Of a stretch of 64,000 bases of DNA, positions 1 to 12,613 are shown in pieces (within the stretch, counting starts at the first letter, position 1; each line of letters opens with the position of its first letter). The stretch is from Setoptus koraiensis (lineage: Eukaryota > Animalia > Arthropoda), in assembly GCA_048013815.1 (NCBI GenBank), contig CM106585.1, forward strand, positions 12,958,001 to 13,022,000, written 5' to 3'. The notes beneath the pieces were generated by a model. The model did not search any database. It saw only the letters and a program-made list of their open reading frames with translations, and had not been told where the DNA came from. Both the position numbers and the translations under genes were made by a program.

Positions 1-2
1 CA

Positions 3-1124
3 TTGTTCGCAACTAGTTGGCGTTGCTGTCGCTGCTGCAATTGCTGTGGTTGCTGTTGTTGCTGTTGTTTGCCGCGCCGAGGTGTCGGCGTCGCCGGTGG
101 TGCCGCGGTCCTGGCTTGCGCCATCGCTACGCCGCTCGTCTCGATTTGCGTTGGTCTCGGCGCTGTGGGCGCTCTCTATCGGCGATGCGACACACCCAAT
201 TTGAGCATTGTTGTCAGTGACACTGCAGCCCGATTGTATTCCCGAAATCGTGTCACTATTAATCCCCCCATCTGAGCAATTTATGTCTGATTGGTGGTGG
301 GTGGCAAATACGTCACTCGCCACCGAACACTCGGCTGTGGTGGCCGAATTAAAAACGGCAACAAATCCGCTTTCATGATGCAATGCCGATGCAGACCCGA
401 CAGGCTCATCATGTTTGTGTCGTAACGGTTGGCCGCTTTGACCACTAGCTGGCGCTTGGTCATAATGGCCAACAACAGTGGCTCGAGATACTCTGTTGCT
501 CGCCAGTGGCAACTTTGTTTCTGTTGCCACTGCGGGCCCCTCGTCGCTTTCGCCGATAATCCCGGCGCCATTGTGGCGCAATTGTTGTTGCTGCTGTTGT
601 CGTTGTTGTTGGTCCGGTTGGCCGCTGGTGTCGCAAATGACGTCATCGTGATCATTAATAATGTTGTCATTGTTAGCGGTGCCAATTGTTTTAGCACTTT
701 CGCTCTTTGTCGCGCTCGGGCCACAATCGATGGGACCACAATCAATGGGGCCACAATCAATGGGGCCACAACGGTGATCGGGCGCATAGTGGCGGCGACA
801 CTTGGAGCAGCAGGCATAAATGGTGGCCGCGCACAATTGACAGCTCCACAAGCATCGCAACTGGTCATTTGCCGCCGCTGTCTCGCCATCAACTGTCACC
901 AACTCGCTGTTGCCCGCTCTGCAGCTAGATGGCGCCGATTGATTGCTACTGTGATGCATGCCATTATCATTATTGGTCAGCTCGTTGCCGGTGGTGCCAG
1001 CTATCGGCCCTCGGACGGGCCTAGAATGGTGACACTCGCAATGACAACAGGCACACCAACAGCGGCAACAATCGCACGCCGATTGTCTGCTGTTTGGTGC
1101 GATATTGCCAATGTTGTTGCTGTT

Positions 1125-1193
<69 letters not shown>

Positions 1194-1201
1194 GCTGTTG
1201 T

Positions 1202-1248
<47 letters not shown>

Positions 1249-4200
1249 TTGTTCAAGATGCGTCTATTTTTGATTGCCTCGTTGTGGTGGCGCGCGCAAT
1301 GCTCCACAACACCAAGGCCCAAGGTTGTTGTTGTGGTGTCGTAATGCTCACAACAACAACACAATTCCGTTGCATCATCGCCCTCACACGATGACAGCCG
1401 GTGTCCGCTGGCCGACGGGGGCGTTCTCGGCGAGTCCGGACCGCTCCCCAAAGAGTCCACAATGCCCAAAGTGCCCACAATGCCCAAAGTGCCCACAGCT
1501 GTCGGGTAAGGCTGGCCGGGGGCCCGGTTGCCATGGCAGCCGCGCCAGCAACAACAGTGCCGCGACCCAGACGACATCTGTCGGCCAATCTCGCCACTAG
1601 CTTGGCTGGATTTATTTGGACACCAGTTTGGCAATATTGTTGCAATATTATCATCAACTCGATTATTATTGGTATTATCACTATATGTGTTCGATTCTAT
1701 TGCGTCGCTAGCTTGATTTAGTTTGATATGACGAGCATGATGATGCAATCGACGATGTTTTCGGTGCATCTGCTGCTGTTGCTGTACATGGTTACTAATA
1801 AACAGCTGATTCTGACAAGTTGACTTACCACTGACAGGCATGGCGGCATTAGCACTAGTTTGCGACTTCCGGTCGCTTTTGCAATAATTGTTGTCATTAC
1901 TGCATTTGTGTTCTATTGCTGCAAGTGTCTTGTCAACGGGAATGGCTGTGCTCACAGGGAATGTCGGTGTTGTTGTTGTTGTTGCTGATTGAAAACAACA
2001 GCAGTTGTCGCCACAAACAATAGTGAAAGGTTGTCGCCACCATTGATGACTATGATTACTCCTACAAGCAGTAGTAGCGGTAGTTGTGTTGTTGTTGTTG
2101 TTGTTGTTGTTGCGTTGTCGATGATTAGAAGGCGACAGATAATTGGTTGCAGTGGACACGCTACAGTCATTGCTGGCAGCATTAGAGTAGCAGCATTGGC
2201 CTTTGTTGTGTTTACGCCTATTCACCTGGCGCTCATTATCATCATCAACATTTTGTCGCTTATGTAACGTGCTAGCAGCTATTGTTTGCACCAAACAATT
2301 GTCATCATCACTTGATTTAGTGGGGGCGCCACTTACAACAAGTTGATCTCGGCTAGTGGGTGGCCATTCCAAGGCCAGCAGCATCTTATGGTCAATTTTA
2401 GTACTTAATCCAGCCAGTTTATCGTTGTTTGTGTTTGTATATTGTTTTTGTTGCGTAATCATCATCACATTTGCACTTGCGTCCACTTGGCTGGCGTTGT
2501 CATCGGCTAATACGGTTGTTGCTGTTGTTGGCGTTGTGGTTGTGCCGACGCTATTGTTACCCGATGGTAATAACAACGACGGTGCCCATAATAACGTTTG
2601 CCTCTCCTCTTTTCCTCTAGCCCCCTCTCTGTCGCCTAGCTGTTGTTGTTGTTGTTGTTGTTGTTGCTGCTGTTGCTGCTGTTGCTGCTGTTGTTGCTGT
2701 TGTTGCATCGCATGCATTTGTGGTGAACTGTTAATATCATCCCTGTGTTGGCCGCTAGTGGGCGCATTAATACTACCATAACCACTATAACCAACATTAT
2801 TGCAACTACTGTTAGCTGTTACGTAATGGACGTCGTTAAACAGAGTTTGGCTAGCGTTGCTGCTTATTATTGTTGTTGAATTTGATTTGCTCTGGCTAGC
2901 TGACGATTGGGCCATCTGTCGTCCAAAAGCGACAAACTCGTGCCGCTCGTCGGTGTTAACTGGCACCATTGTTGTTGTGGTTGTTGTTGTCGCTGCTGTT
3001 GCCAATGGTGGTTGTGTGTTACTGCTATCACTGCAACTTAAGGCCTCAATTGGTTCAGCTTGCCACCGCTGCTGGCCACTTGATTGTAATAATCGTTCAT
3101 TATTGATTGTTGTTGTATCCGTCGAGCTATATTCATCTAGCCACTCTGCTGCCGCCGTTGTTGCCGTTGTTGTTGCCGCTGTTGTTGTCGCTGTTGTTGC
3201 CGCTGCTGTTGTTGCGGCAGAGTCCATCGTCACTTGACAATCGGCGCTAGTTGCTGTTGTTGTTGCACGACCGGTGCAAGTGGTCGCTATCATCGATGCG
3301 TCGCCGCTGTCGTTGTCATCAAAACTTGTAATTGTCTGACCGGAAGTTGTTAGTTCTGTGTTCAACAGTGTCAGTTTGCTATTGTTGGCCAATATTGCTG
3401 CTGCTGTTGTTGTTGCGCAATCCGTGGCACTGTGGTCAGCGTCACTGACACTTCCGTCGTTATTCTTGCCACCACAAAGGTAGCGGCGCAACCAAGTCAG
3501 TGGCGGCTCGTTAACAGTTGTCGCCGCTGCTGCCGGTGTTTGCTCTAGCGATCCGCTCCACTTCCGGTCATCGGATGTGGCATGGCTCGCTGTGCTGCTG
3601 CTGTTGTTGCTGTTGGTTGCATTTAATAAGTTACTCTGGCTAATCTTGCGTATCGTATCGACACTTGAGCTGCCATTATTATTATTATTACTGTTGATAC
3701 TGTTGATGTTTTGATTGTTATTGCTTGCGGTTCTGCTGACTGTGTGTGCAATGATGGCGTTAGGGCTGAAATGATGATGGCGGTCGTTTGTTCGTTTGAG
3801 TTTACAGCACGAATTGGCTATTTTGCATAGTTTGTCGCTGCTGGTAACCGCAACACGAGGCGCATTATTCAAATTATTTTCTAGCTCTGGCAAATTCTTT
3901 TCTGGCCCCAAATGAGGAATCATGCGACCACAACAATCATTATCATAATGACCACGTTTGTTGCTGTCGTTGTTGCTGTTGTCACCTCTGGATGAATGCT
4001 CTGGCAGCGCAAATTGGTAGTTGGCACCAACGGAATAGTTATCACAATTGTTTCGGCAATCATTATGCGCTGGCGAAATGGCCGGTTCACCTGTGCTGTT
4101 GTTGTTGTTGTCTTTAATCACAACCTCTTTATCTGCACGGCTGCTGCCAACAACAGTTTGTGTTGTGCGGTTTGTTGTGGCAGTTGCTGGGCCGTTATTA

Positions 4201-5468
4201 CTATTATTAGTATTATTATCACTATCACCATTGTCATTATAACGTTGCAACAATTTATGTACGCTGTCGTTGGCGAGCTCGCTGCTCTTATTATTGGCGC
4301 CGACGCGGGCGCCATCTACACAATAACAATGGTCGCCGCTCGACGTCCAGCGACCTTGGCCGGCCGCACCACATTCCATAAGGCACCAGAAGCATTTGTG
4401 TCGATGAGTGGTGTCATTGTCCAATTTTCGGCTGCCTGTCGAAGCGCGCTGACCATCGTTGTCGCTAGCATGGGTATCGGCATTATTGATAGCACGGGTA
4501 TCGGCATTGCTGATAGCCCGGGTATCGGCATTGTGGCTGCCATGGGCACGGGTGCCCGCGGGGGCGGCTCGACGGAGGTTGGGTGCGGTTGTGGCGGGCG
4601 ACAGTGGCGCCGGACTGACAACAATGGACGCTGCCGAAATACAACTGAGCGTGCTGCCCGACGACAGTCTAGACAAACTACAGGTAGACTGACCACTGGT
4701 GGTGCTGGTGTCGCTGATGGTGTCGTTGCTACTGCTGCCACTGCTGCTGATAATTGTGCAATTACGACACAATGACGCTGACGAATGCTGCGCACGCCGA
4801 CAAAAAGTATCATTGTTTTTGGCGCATGCCGCATGCCGTTTGCTCCTGACCGGAAGTGAGCTTGACTTGTCTTGTAGCGCCCTCAGTTGTTTATCTTGCT
4901 GGCTATTGGGGCTGTTGTTGTTGTTGTTGTTGTTGTTGCTGTTGTGCATGTCATCGGATAAGTTGACGGAGCACTGAGACGGACTGCACGAGACGAGACT
5001 GTAATAGGAACAGAGGGAGTAGCTGGCCGACGCCGAGGTCAGGGTGCACGACGACGACGACGACGACGACGAACACTTTGAGTGACAACTGCTGGACAAT
5101 GTCGATTGATTTGAGGCGCTTGCTGTGATTGCCGCTGTGATTTGCTGACCACCGCCAATTCGCTGACCACCGGTGATTTGCTGACCACCGGCGATTCGCT
5201 GACCACCGGTGATTTGCTGACCACTGGCTACGGCTGCGATATTGCTGGATAATTTGATTGCGTCATCGTCGCTCGCCAGCGCAGTCATCGTCGAGTGGTT
5301 GCCGGCGCAAGCGAGGTTGTTGGTGGCGTTGTTGTGGGCGCTGTGGTTGGCGCCGTTGCTGCTGCCGTTGGCTGGCCGTCGGCGACCGTCCGCCGTCATG
5401 TGATGCGCCGTGATGTTATTGTCAAAATTATTAATTATTGTTATATCATTGTCGGTTTGAGGCTGCAT
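3..5468 (-). CDS. Very large low-complexity (N/Q/T/S/A-rich, with Cys clusters) protein-coding exon, at least 1,822 codons, running off the left edge; product unknown
   Basis: I read every codon of this minus frame and found no stop between 5702 and 3. The first ATG is at 5468 (MQPQTDNDITIINNFDNN...). A possible splice acceptor (catgcag, at about 5463) lies just inside it, so it may be an internal exon. The ORF track omits it because there is no stop in the window; the many + strand poly-V/L/C ORFs here are its antisense shadows. No conserved domain recognised. Confidence 0.85.
1110..1255. repeat. (GTT/GCT)n trinucleotide tract encoding poly-N/S in the minus-strand ORF
   Basis: Direct reading of the sequence; it is in frame with the 3-5468 ORF. 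Confidence 0.9.
5139..5228. repeat. 18-bp tandem repeat x5 encoding GGQ(Q/R)I(T/A/G) units in the minus ORF
   Basis: Units of the form gatt(t/c)gctgaccaccgg(t/c) start at 5139, 5157, 5175, 5193 and 5211. Confidence 0.85.
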
Positions 5469-5530
5469 GTTACACACACACACACACACTCGAGTGATAA
5501 CAAGCCGATCGATGTGCGATGATTGATCTC

Positions 5531-5587
5531 TCGCTCTGTCGTAATATCGCTCTGTCGTAATATCGCTCTGTCGTAATATCGCTCTGT
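5531..5587. repeat. 16-bp tandem repeat (tcgctctgtcgtaata) x3.5
   Basis: Exact copies at 5531, 5547 and 5563, plus a partial copy at 5579. Confidence 0.9.
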
Positions 5588-6279
5588 TACGTAATACGTG
5601 TTCGCGTTGCTGCCCGATGAATATGCCCGAATATACGTCTCGAATATATTTTCGAGCCGGAGCTAGCCGGCAATTGCGGTGATGGGGCCCACTTGAACAA
5701 CGCTAAGGCAACAATAACTATGTCTTGTCAGATTGGTCAGACACACGGGTGGCGCGGGCAGGCACAAGCTGGCAATTGCAAAGACAAACAATCGCAATGG
5801 GCGCAATATCTACAGCATGCCAGCAGTTGAGTTGTGTCAATATTGGCCGAGTGGCGGCCAACTCGTTATTTGGTGCTTCTGTCGTTGGCAAGACCGTACG
5901 ATGCCAAGACTACAAGATTGCGCCACGAAATAAATAAGATAAGATTCGCTTGATTGTTACTGTGTGTGTGTATGATCAATAATCGCAAGCCCGCGTTCTC
6001 GCGCCCGCCAGAAAAAGAGCGGATAAGCAAAAAGTGAGCTGCCAATGGCCCTCACTTGTCAGGCCTCTCCACGGATATTTATTTATATTTATATACGTTC
6101 TTTGCCACTTCTTCCAATTATCTTGGCTGCACTCGCTAATGACGATAATAATAACTGCCGCTCTATTTCGACTTGTCCCTTTGTTTACTTATTTCTGCCC
6201 TCTCTCTCTTTGCCCGCTCTCAATTGGTCGCTCGCCGATGTCGTTGCTGCCGTGTTTGCCTTGTTGTCGTCGTTGCTGT

Positions 6280-6455
6280 CGTTGATGCCGCTGTTGTTGT
6301 TGCTGTTGTTGTTGCTGCTGTTGCCGTTGTTGCCGTTGTTGCCGTTGCCGTTGCTGTTGCTATTGTTGCTGTTGTTGCTGTTGTTGCTGCTGTTGCTGTT
6401 GTTGTTGCTGTTGTTGTTGCTGCTGTTGCTGTTGTTGTTGTTGATATTGCTGCTG
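6280..6455. repeat. (TTG/CTG)n compound trinucleotide tract; possibly part of an N/S-rich minus-strand exon
   Basis: The repeat is visible directly. One minus frame reads RQSIFSPGNYSSNINNN...DQLRAGKEREGRNK from about 6484 to 6190, but its splice phase does not join cleanly to the big ORF. Confidence 0.7.
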
Positions 6456-6644
6456 TAGTTGCCAGGAGAAAAGATTGATTGCCGCTAGTGCCAAGAGTGA
6501 GCCCCAAATCGACTGGGGCCCATAATAACCTTCCACTATAAACTGCCAGCCGCTGCCGATAGCCGAGCAATAATGATAATAATTGAAACCCCTAAAACGA
6601 TAAAACCCGCACACAATTGCGCACACAATCAACACACCGGCCTA

Positions 6645-6646
6645 CG

Positions 6647-6680
<34 letters not shown>

Positions 6681-6689
6681 CACACACAA
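6645..6689. repeat. (CA)n microsatellite
   Basis: Direct reading; similar tracts occur at about 8192-8214 and 8430-8460. Confidence 0.9.
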
Positions 6690-8428
6690 GCTAATCACGC
6701 CAGCATCTAATGGGCTACCGTCAGATTACCTGGCGCCAACAGTCTGGCCAACAGGGCGACACCCTGGCGGCCCCTAAACCGACTAACGCTGGCTAGCGGC
6801 TTGCCAATAGCGTGGCTCTTGTCACGCTAGCTGTGGGCGTGAGCGGCCCGAGCGGTCGCTATATTTCGGTCGCTAGTCGCTATGTCCCAATCGCTGGTCG
6901 CTATATCTCGATCGCTATGTTTCGGTGGCCAGTCAAATACGCGACTTTTCGCTCAATGTCGCTTGTTGTTTTGCGCCCCAAATCGAGCCAGCGGGCCAGC
7001 CTGGGTCGCGTCGGGCCGGGCCGCACCGGTGTGCCGAGCTTAGGCGCGACGAGGGAGCTTACACGTGTTTATAGGTTGATATTTATATTTATGTGCAGCG
7101 TGTGTGTATGGGTGCGCTATTGTCACTTGCTTAAAATATCCCCTTGTTGTTGCATCAAATATAGTATTGCATTAAATGTAGTGTGATATTGTTGGCGCAT
7201 TAATTCATGTGTGACTGTCTTTGTATCGCTCTCATTTGTGTCGCTTTATTTGTGTGCCCTTATTTTTATCTCTTTATTCGTATCCCTTTATTTATATCTC
7301 TTTATTTATATGCCTTATTTATATCTGCAACTCGTATTTTTATCTCTTACTTATATCTGAGTCTGTGTGTAAGATATCTGAATGTGCGCGATGCTGCTTG
7401 CGGTCGCTGTTATTATTGCAGCAGAATAGTCGTATTATGTTTGCTACACACAACGACACTTGTTCCGTCGACGACGACGACGGGATATTTCTAGCTGTTT
7501 CGTAGCTGTCGCTGTTGTTGGCGTTGTTATTGTTGCTGTTGTTTTTGGCGTTGTTGTTGTTGTTGGCGTTGTTGTTGGTGCTGTTGTTGGCGTCGTCTTG
7601 TTGTCGTGTCACTCTAATTGACTGATTGTTGTCTAGTGGCCAGCAAGTAGCGCTACCGCACATTTGTACGAGCTGTTGTGTGACACGACAGGCACAAGTG
7701 ACCCATAAATGATCTATTATTATTATGCGCGCGGGTTGCTTGTCATTGACAAAGTATCATAATAATAACTGGCAAGTGGCGACACTTTTGCGCCTATTTC
7801 GCGCCTACTTTGCGCGTATTTCGTGCGTATTTTGCGCGCTCTCGTGTATAGTGTTACGTAAGTGGGGCCACGGTTACGGTTAGCAGTGGCGTCTCGGTTC
7901 ATTTCATTGAGACAATTGAAATGAGTGATAATAATCTAATTTATATATATATATATATGTGCATATTACGTAATACACAGTAATATATATATTATGTAAT
8001 ACATAGTAGTGTGCTACACTGTATGCTTTGTATGTGCGAACATTATATTTGATCTTGCCAGCGCCGGCTCGCAATTGGTGCTCGAGTGGTGGTGTTGCGC
8101 AATTGTCGCCAAACAAACAATTGCCACTATCACACAATCAATAGTATCATGTTGTTGCGTCACTACTCCCACTACTGGATGCCACTACTAGTGTGTGTGT
8201 GTGTGTGTGTGTGTTGCAAATATTACATAACTGTAATTGCGATTGTCATGTACTTATATTTACGCGCCACTGACACGCGCGTCATCACGCTGCCACTGCT
8301 GTGTCTAAATAAACCTATTGTCACAATCAACTCTCTGCCACGCTCACTAAACTTGCCGAGAGAGTCTGTCCGAAGCCAGCCAGCAAAAACACTGTCAGCA
8401 GACATTACATAACCGCTAACAGCACCGG

Positions 8429-8462
<34 letters not shown>

Positions 8463-8478
8463 GTTATATAACTGGCGC

Positions 8479-8546
8479 ATGTCGCTATGTGCCGCTATCA
8501 CACAACATTACTAAAGCATTAGCGTTGTAGCGGCACATAGCGACAT
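8479..8546. other. Inverted repeat / hairpin with a perfect 19-bp stem
   Basis: atgtcgctatgtgccgcta (8479-8497) is the exact reverse complement of 8528-8546. The 30-nt spacer can pair further (caac/gttg, ctaa/ttag). Confidence 0.85.
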
Positions 8547-11421
8547 TTGCGCACTTTGTGCGCCTGCTCGTGCGCGAGCCGCCCTCACCGTCGCGCAACA
8601 ATCCGCTCGTCCAGTCCGGTGTCAGCGGTGCACAGACGTGTCCACGTCGCTCGGTCGCTCTAGCTGCTCAATTCGGTCGCTGGCCGCCCGACACACGCCA
8701 CCTAGCGAGCGGAGCCCCGTTAGCGGCCCCATAGGCGCCCGGCGCGAAAACTTTTGATCGCGCGCCACCGTGGCGCCGCCGAAAACAATTATCCCCCTGC
8801 TCGCTGGCAATTATCCAGTGTGAGCAGCTGACAAACGAACGACGGGCCGACAGCGGCACGGCCCGTCACCGCGACACAACGGGCAAGCGTAGTGTCCAAC
8901 GGTAAGCGCCAAACGACTGTTAGCGGCGCGCGGGCCCCAATGATTGAGAGCGGCCTCTTAATCAATGCTACCGCGGCCGTATCCAGCAACGCTAACAAGT
9001 GATGACGAGCAGACAGTCGTGACTGTCAGCGCTCAGCGACAGTTACGTCATTGGGTTGGCGCGCTGCGGCAACGGTTGGCCGACTTGCAGCCCCAACAAA
9101 CGGTTGATGTGTGAGTCAGCGCGGCGCCCGCCCGGCCCCAATTGACGGCGGCAGCCCGGCCCCAATTGACGGCGCCAGGCCGACGGATAAGTCGTCGGGC
9201 TGCTGGCGTTTTTGTTTCGCTGTCGGCGCGTAACTCGCTGACAGCATTAACTGCAAACTGAGCAGAGAGCGGGCAAAGTGAGCAGAGCGCGCACAGCGAG
9301 CACAGTGAGCACGGCGAGCACAGTGAAGAGAGCGAGAATAAAGTGAAACACAAGACACAAACAACAGCAATGTCTACTGACAATTTGTGACGTTCATTTT
9401 GGCAATAAGTTGATAAGATAGTTTTAGTCAAAATTAGTTTTTTCCCCGGCGCATCTGTCAGCACGACTAATGCCCCACAATGGCTTGCGAGCGTCTTGCC
9501 AAGCCGTCAATTCGGGCCCGACAGCCCAACGCGGCAAGCTTGCCTGGCAAATTTGAACGTGGCGCCCCTCAAATATCTTGTGTGTGGGGCCCCCCCGTCT
9601 ATGAATAGACAAGTGGCACAAGATATTTGAGATGCTGCCACTGGCCCGTTATGTCTGTCGGGCCTATTGCATTAGCCCCCGTTGGCGGCCGGCTGACAAC
9701 ACAAAGGAGGCGTCGATGGGTGATGGAGCACTCGTCCCGACACTGTCAGATCATCGACTAGCACTCGCCCCTGGCGAGACCAAATAGAGCGACGGCCTGT
9801 TAGACAGTTGTTAGACAGCGCGCGAGCGGCACGCATAACAACAAGACAGGCGAGCTCGGGCCCCAAACGGGCCCCAAACGTGCCCCAAAGATCCAAAATT
9901 GGCTCGCCAGGTGAGTGCGCTCGCTCGACGGCTCGGCGGCTCGGCGGCTCGACGGCGCGCCTCGCCAGCGACAGTTGGGCTCGTGCGTTCGCCAGTCGGG
10001 CTCGTGCGTTCGCCAGTCGGGGCGCCACTCGGCGCCCGCTCGCCCGCCCGCCCGCTTGCCAGCGAGATTGCCAGAGATTGCAGCTTTGCTGGCGCGCTCG
10101 AGCGGCCTGCGCGACTCGTTTATCTCGCCACTATCTGCTCGAGATGTAGCGCGCCGCCATCTTGGCGCGCTCGTATCGGTGGCGCTGCGGGCCCGACGGG
10201 GGAAAGTATCAACTTCCACCTGATTGGCTGGCCCAATGTGACTGGCGTCGACTTTTTCACCTCCGCTCGCTCTGATTCGCCGCGGCCTCTATCTCCCCGG
10301 CGAGCGCCGTCGTGCTAATGACTTTAGTTGCAAATGATTGGAACTGCACAACAACAACAGCAGCAGCAGCAGCGGCAGCAGCAACAACAACGACAACAAC
10401 AACAACAACGGCAGCACCAACAACAACAACAACAACATTACTGCCGACTGGCACTTGTAACGGCGCCCCAAAGAAGAGCGCGCCCACCAAAAGTGATTAT
10501 GGCCCCGGCACTGGAGACCTGGCGGCTGCTTGTCGCCCCTCGGTGGCGCTGGCCTCTTATCCGCACTATTATCCGGCTTGTTGGCTGGTCGCGTCGCGCC
10601 CACCGACAGCTACTGTTACAGTGTTGCGCTCGGCGCCCCACACTCGACAGGCTGACTTGGCGCTGACGGGCTCGCGGGCGATGTCGCTGGCGTCGCTAGG
10701 TGGCTCGTGCCGTCGGATTGCACGCTTGGGCCAGCACCATTGTGTAGGCAGCTTGCATGCAGGCAGCGCGGCCCGTGTAGCACGGCGGCCCGTGTGGCTT
10801 GGCGGCGGCGGCGGCCCGGCCCGAGTGCTCGCCGGGCCCTGACACAAGTGGCCCGACGTGTGTCAAGAAAATATTATTCTGGCTAGCGTGCTGCTCTTGG
10901 CCGCTCGCGAGCAACGGTCACAGCGAGTCGCCGGTGCTCGTGGCGCCCGACGCGGCGCTGCTCGTGGCGCCCCAACTACAATGGCTCTTTCCGCCTGTGA
11001 GGCGCCAGTCAGCAAGCTAGCAATTTCAGCCGGCCAGCCAGCGATTGAGAGGAGCCCGAGGCGCTGCGCTGGCGTGCAGACAGCGAGCGAGCAGGCGCCG
11101 TCTTGCCACATGATGTAATCTGTTGATAAAAAGGATTCTTGTGATTCGCTTTTTAGAAAACATATTACGTAACAGACACCAGCCAGACAGCCGGCAAGTA
11201 GACGTTGCGACACAAATGCAAGTGTCAGTACGTACAGATGTTGGTGAGCGGGCGCCACACACAACCTAATCAAATGGGCGCCCACTAAACAACCCACATA
11301 CCAGCCAATTTCGTCTCTTTTTGATCGAGCCACCCCATTGACGACTCCATCATTCCAGCTTCCTCTATATAGCTGCCCTCTAGCGGCCAGATGTGATTCT
11401 GACAAGCGAGATATGATTCAA

Positions 11422-11474
11422 CGATAGATCATGTAGTCCAAAAATCTTGCATTTTTGGACTACATGATCTATCG
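11422..11474. other. Perfect 24-bp inverted repeat with a 5-nt loop
   Basis: cgatagatcatgtagtccaaaaat - cttgc - atttttggactacatgatctatcg. Confidence 0.95.
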
Positions 11475-12536
11475 CTATTGCTCGCCGCAAACGCGATACA
11501 CTCGACGAAACGCCGCCATCGAATTGAGCAGAGTTCACTGGTGGCCAAGGTTGCAATTATTCCCGGCGCCTTGATTAAATTCACGGCCCCCTCACCGAGC
11601 ATACAATACAAATGCAATTATCGGCCCTTTTCATCAAGTCAACTCATAGAATTTGTTGGCGTTTCACGCGAATTCGTCGTTTCATCAAATGAACAAACGG
11701 ATCCGTTTGCTTGGGATCCGTCGCTCTCTCTCGCTCTTTTTACACGCTCCACTGATATTCTGTGGGCCGCTTCGGAGCGTCTCCTCTAATTGACGATCCA
11801 GATAGAAACCCCAGATATGTGTGATATAGAAAACTGCGGCGCACAGCCTGCATTTTCTGCTGCTTCAAACGTAATGCATAGCATTGGATAATGACGATCA
11901 ACTCGGTTTTCAGGCGCATTTGAGCCAGATATTAGTAGTTTTAATATGCGTTCACGCTCTACTCGGCGCTCTCGTTTTTTGTCCCGTTGTGCTGTTTACA
12001 TTCGTGTTGCCACGTGTTACCACGTGTGTGTGTGTGCTGTGCCTGCTTGTGACTGATTGAGTCGATATTTGACTCATTGTCTATGATATTTGATTAATCA
12101 ATAGATGAAGTCGGTGATTGACTTTGAGAGATGAGCTCTCCAAAGCGACAGTTATTAGTTGGGCCAATTGTAAAATATTTTTCGTGTCGCAGCGGCGCTC
12201 ACCGGGGCTTCGAATTTGCTTGCTGAACACGCACGAGCACGATGAGGTGCACAGGTGATTCGGGCGGGCCGGTATGCGCCGGAATGATGGCCCGCGAAGG
12301 TTCTATTTCAACGGACTAATTAGCGAAAAAGCTCGACACAAATGGCCCAGATCTCCGAAATGTGAACAATGCCCCCAGATCACCGCTACACACGTCCGGG
12401 ATAACGGTCAGGTGAGAAAAAAATGGACAGAAATCAGTGTATTCACTTGCTATGCTCACTTGTTTCGTATTGGCTGATGAGGCGAGCAGCTTGGCCTCTT
12501 GAGCCGGCCCGCGGCAGAGGGTCGTTCGACACCGAG

Positions 12537-12613
12537 GCCACTTTTGCCCGCTTTTCTCGCCCACTTTTGCCCGCTTTTCTCGCCCACTTTTGCCCGCTTT
12601 TTTCGCCCACTTT
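12537..12613. repeat. 23-bp tandem repeat (cccacttttgcccgcttttctcg) x about 3.3
   Basis: Copies at 12537, 12560 and 12583, partial at 12606; this explains the repetitive spurious ORFs at 12.3-12.7 kb. Confidence 0.85.

Noticed and set aside
3-5522. Numerous + strand ORFs (e.g. 429-1394, 3996-4775) with poly-V, poly-L or poly-C
   Set aside because: They are antisense or alternative-frame shadows of the long minus-strand ORF and its trinucleotide repeats.
9048-11118. Dense overlapping ORFs in a GC-rich stretch, including poly-Q and poly-T ORFs at 10312-10842
   Set aside because: Long frames on both strands are expected at this GC content. I saw no domain, no consistent splice chain and no single dominant frame.
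12537-12613. Direct repeats of 23 bp (also at 60618) as a possible CRISPR array
   Set aside because: The units are head-to-tail with no spacers, no cas genes are present, and the context is eukaryotic.
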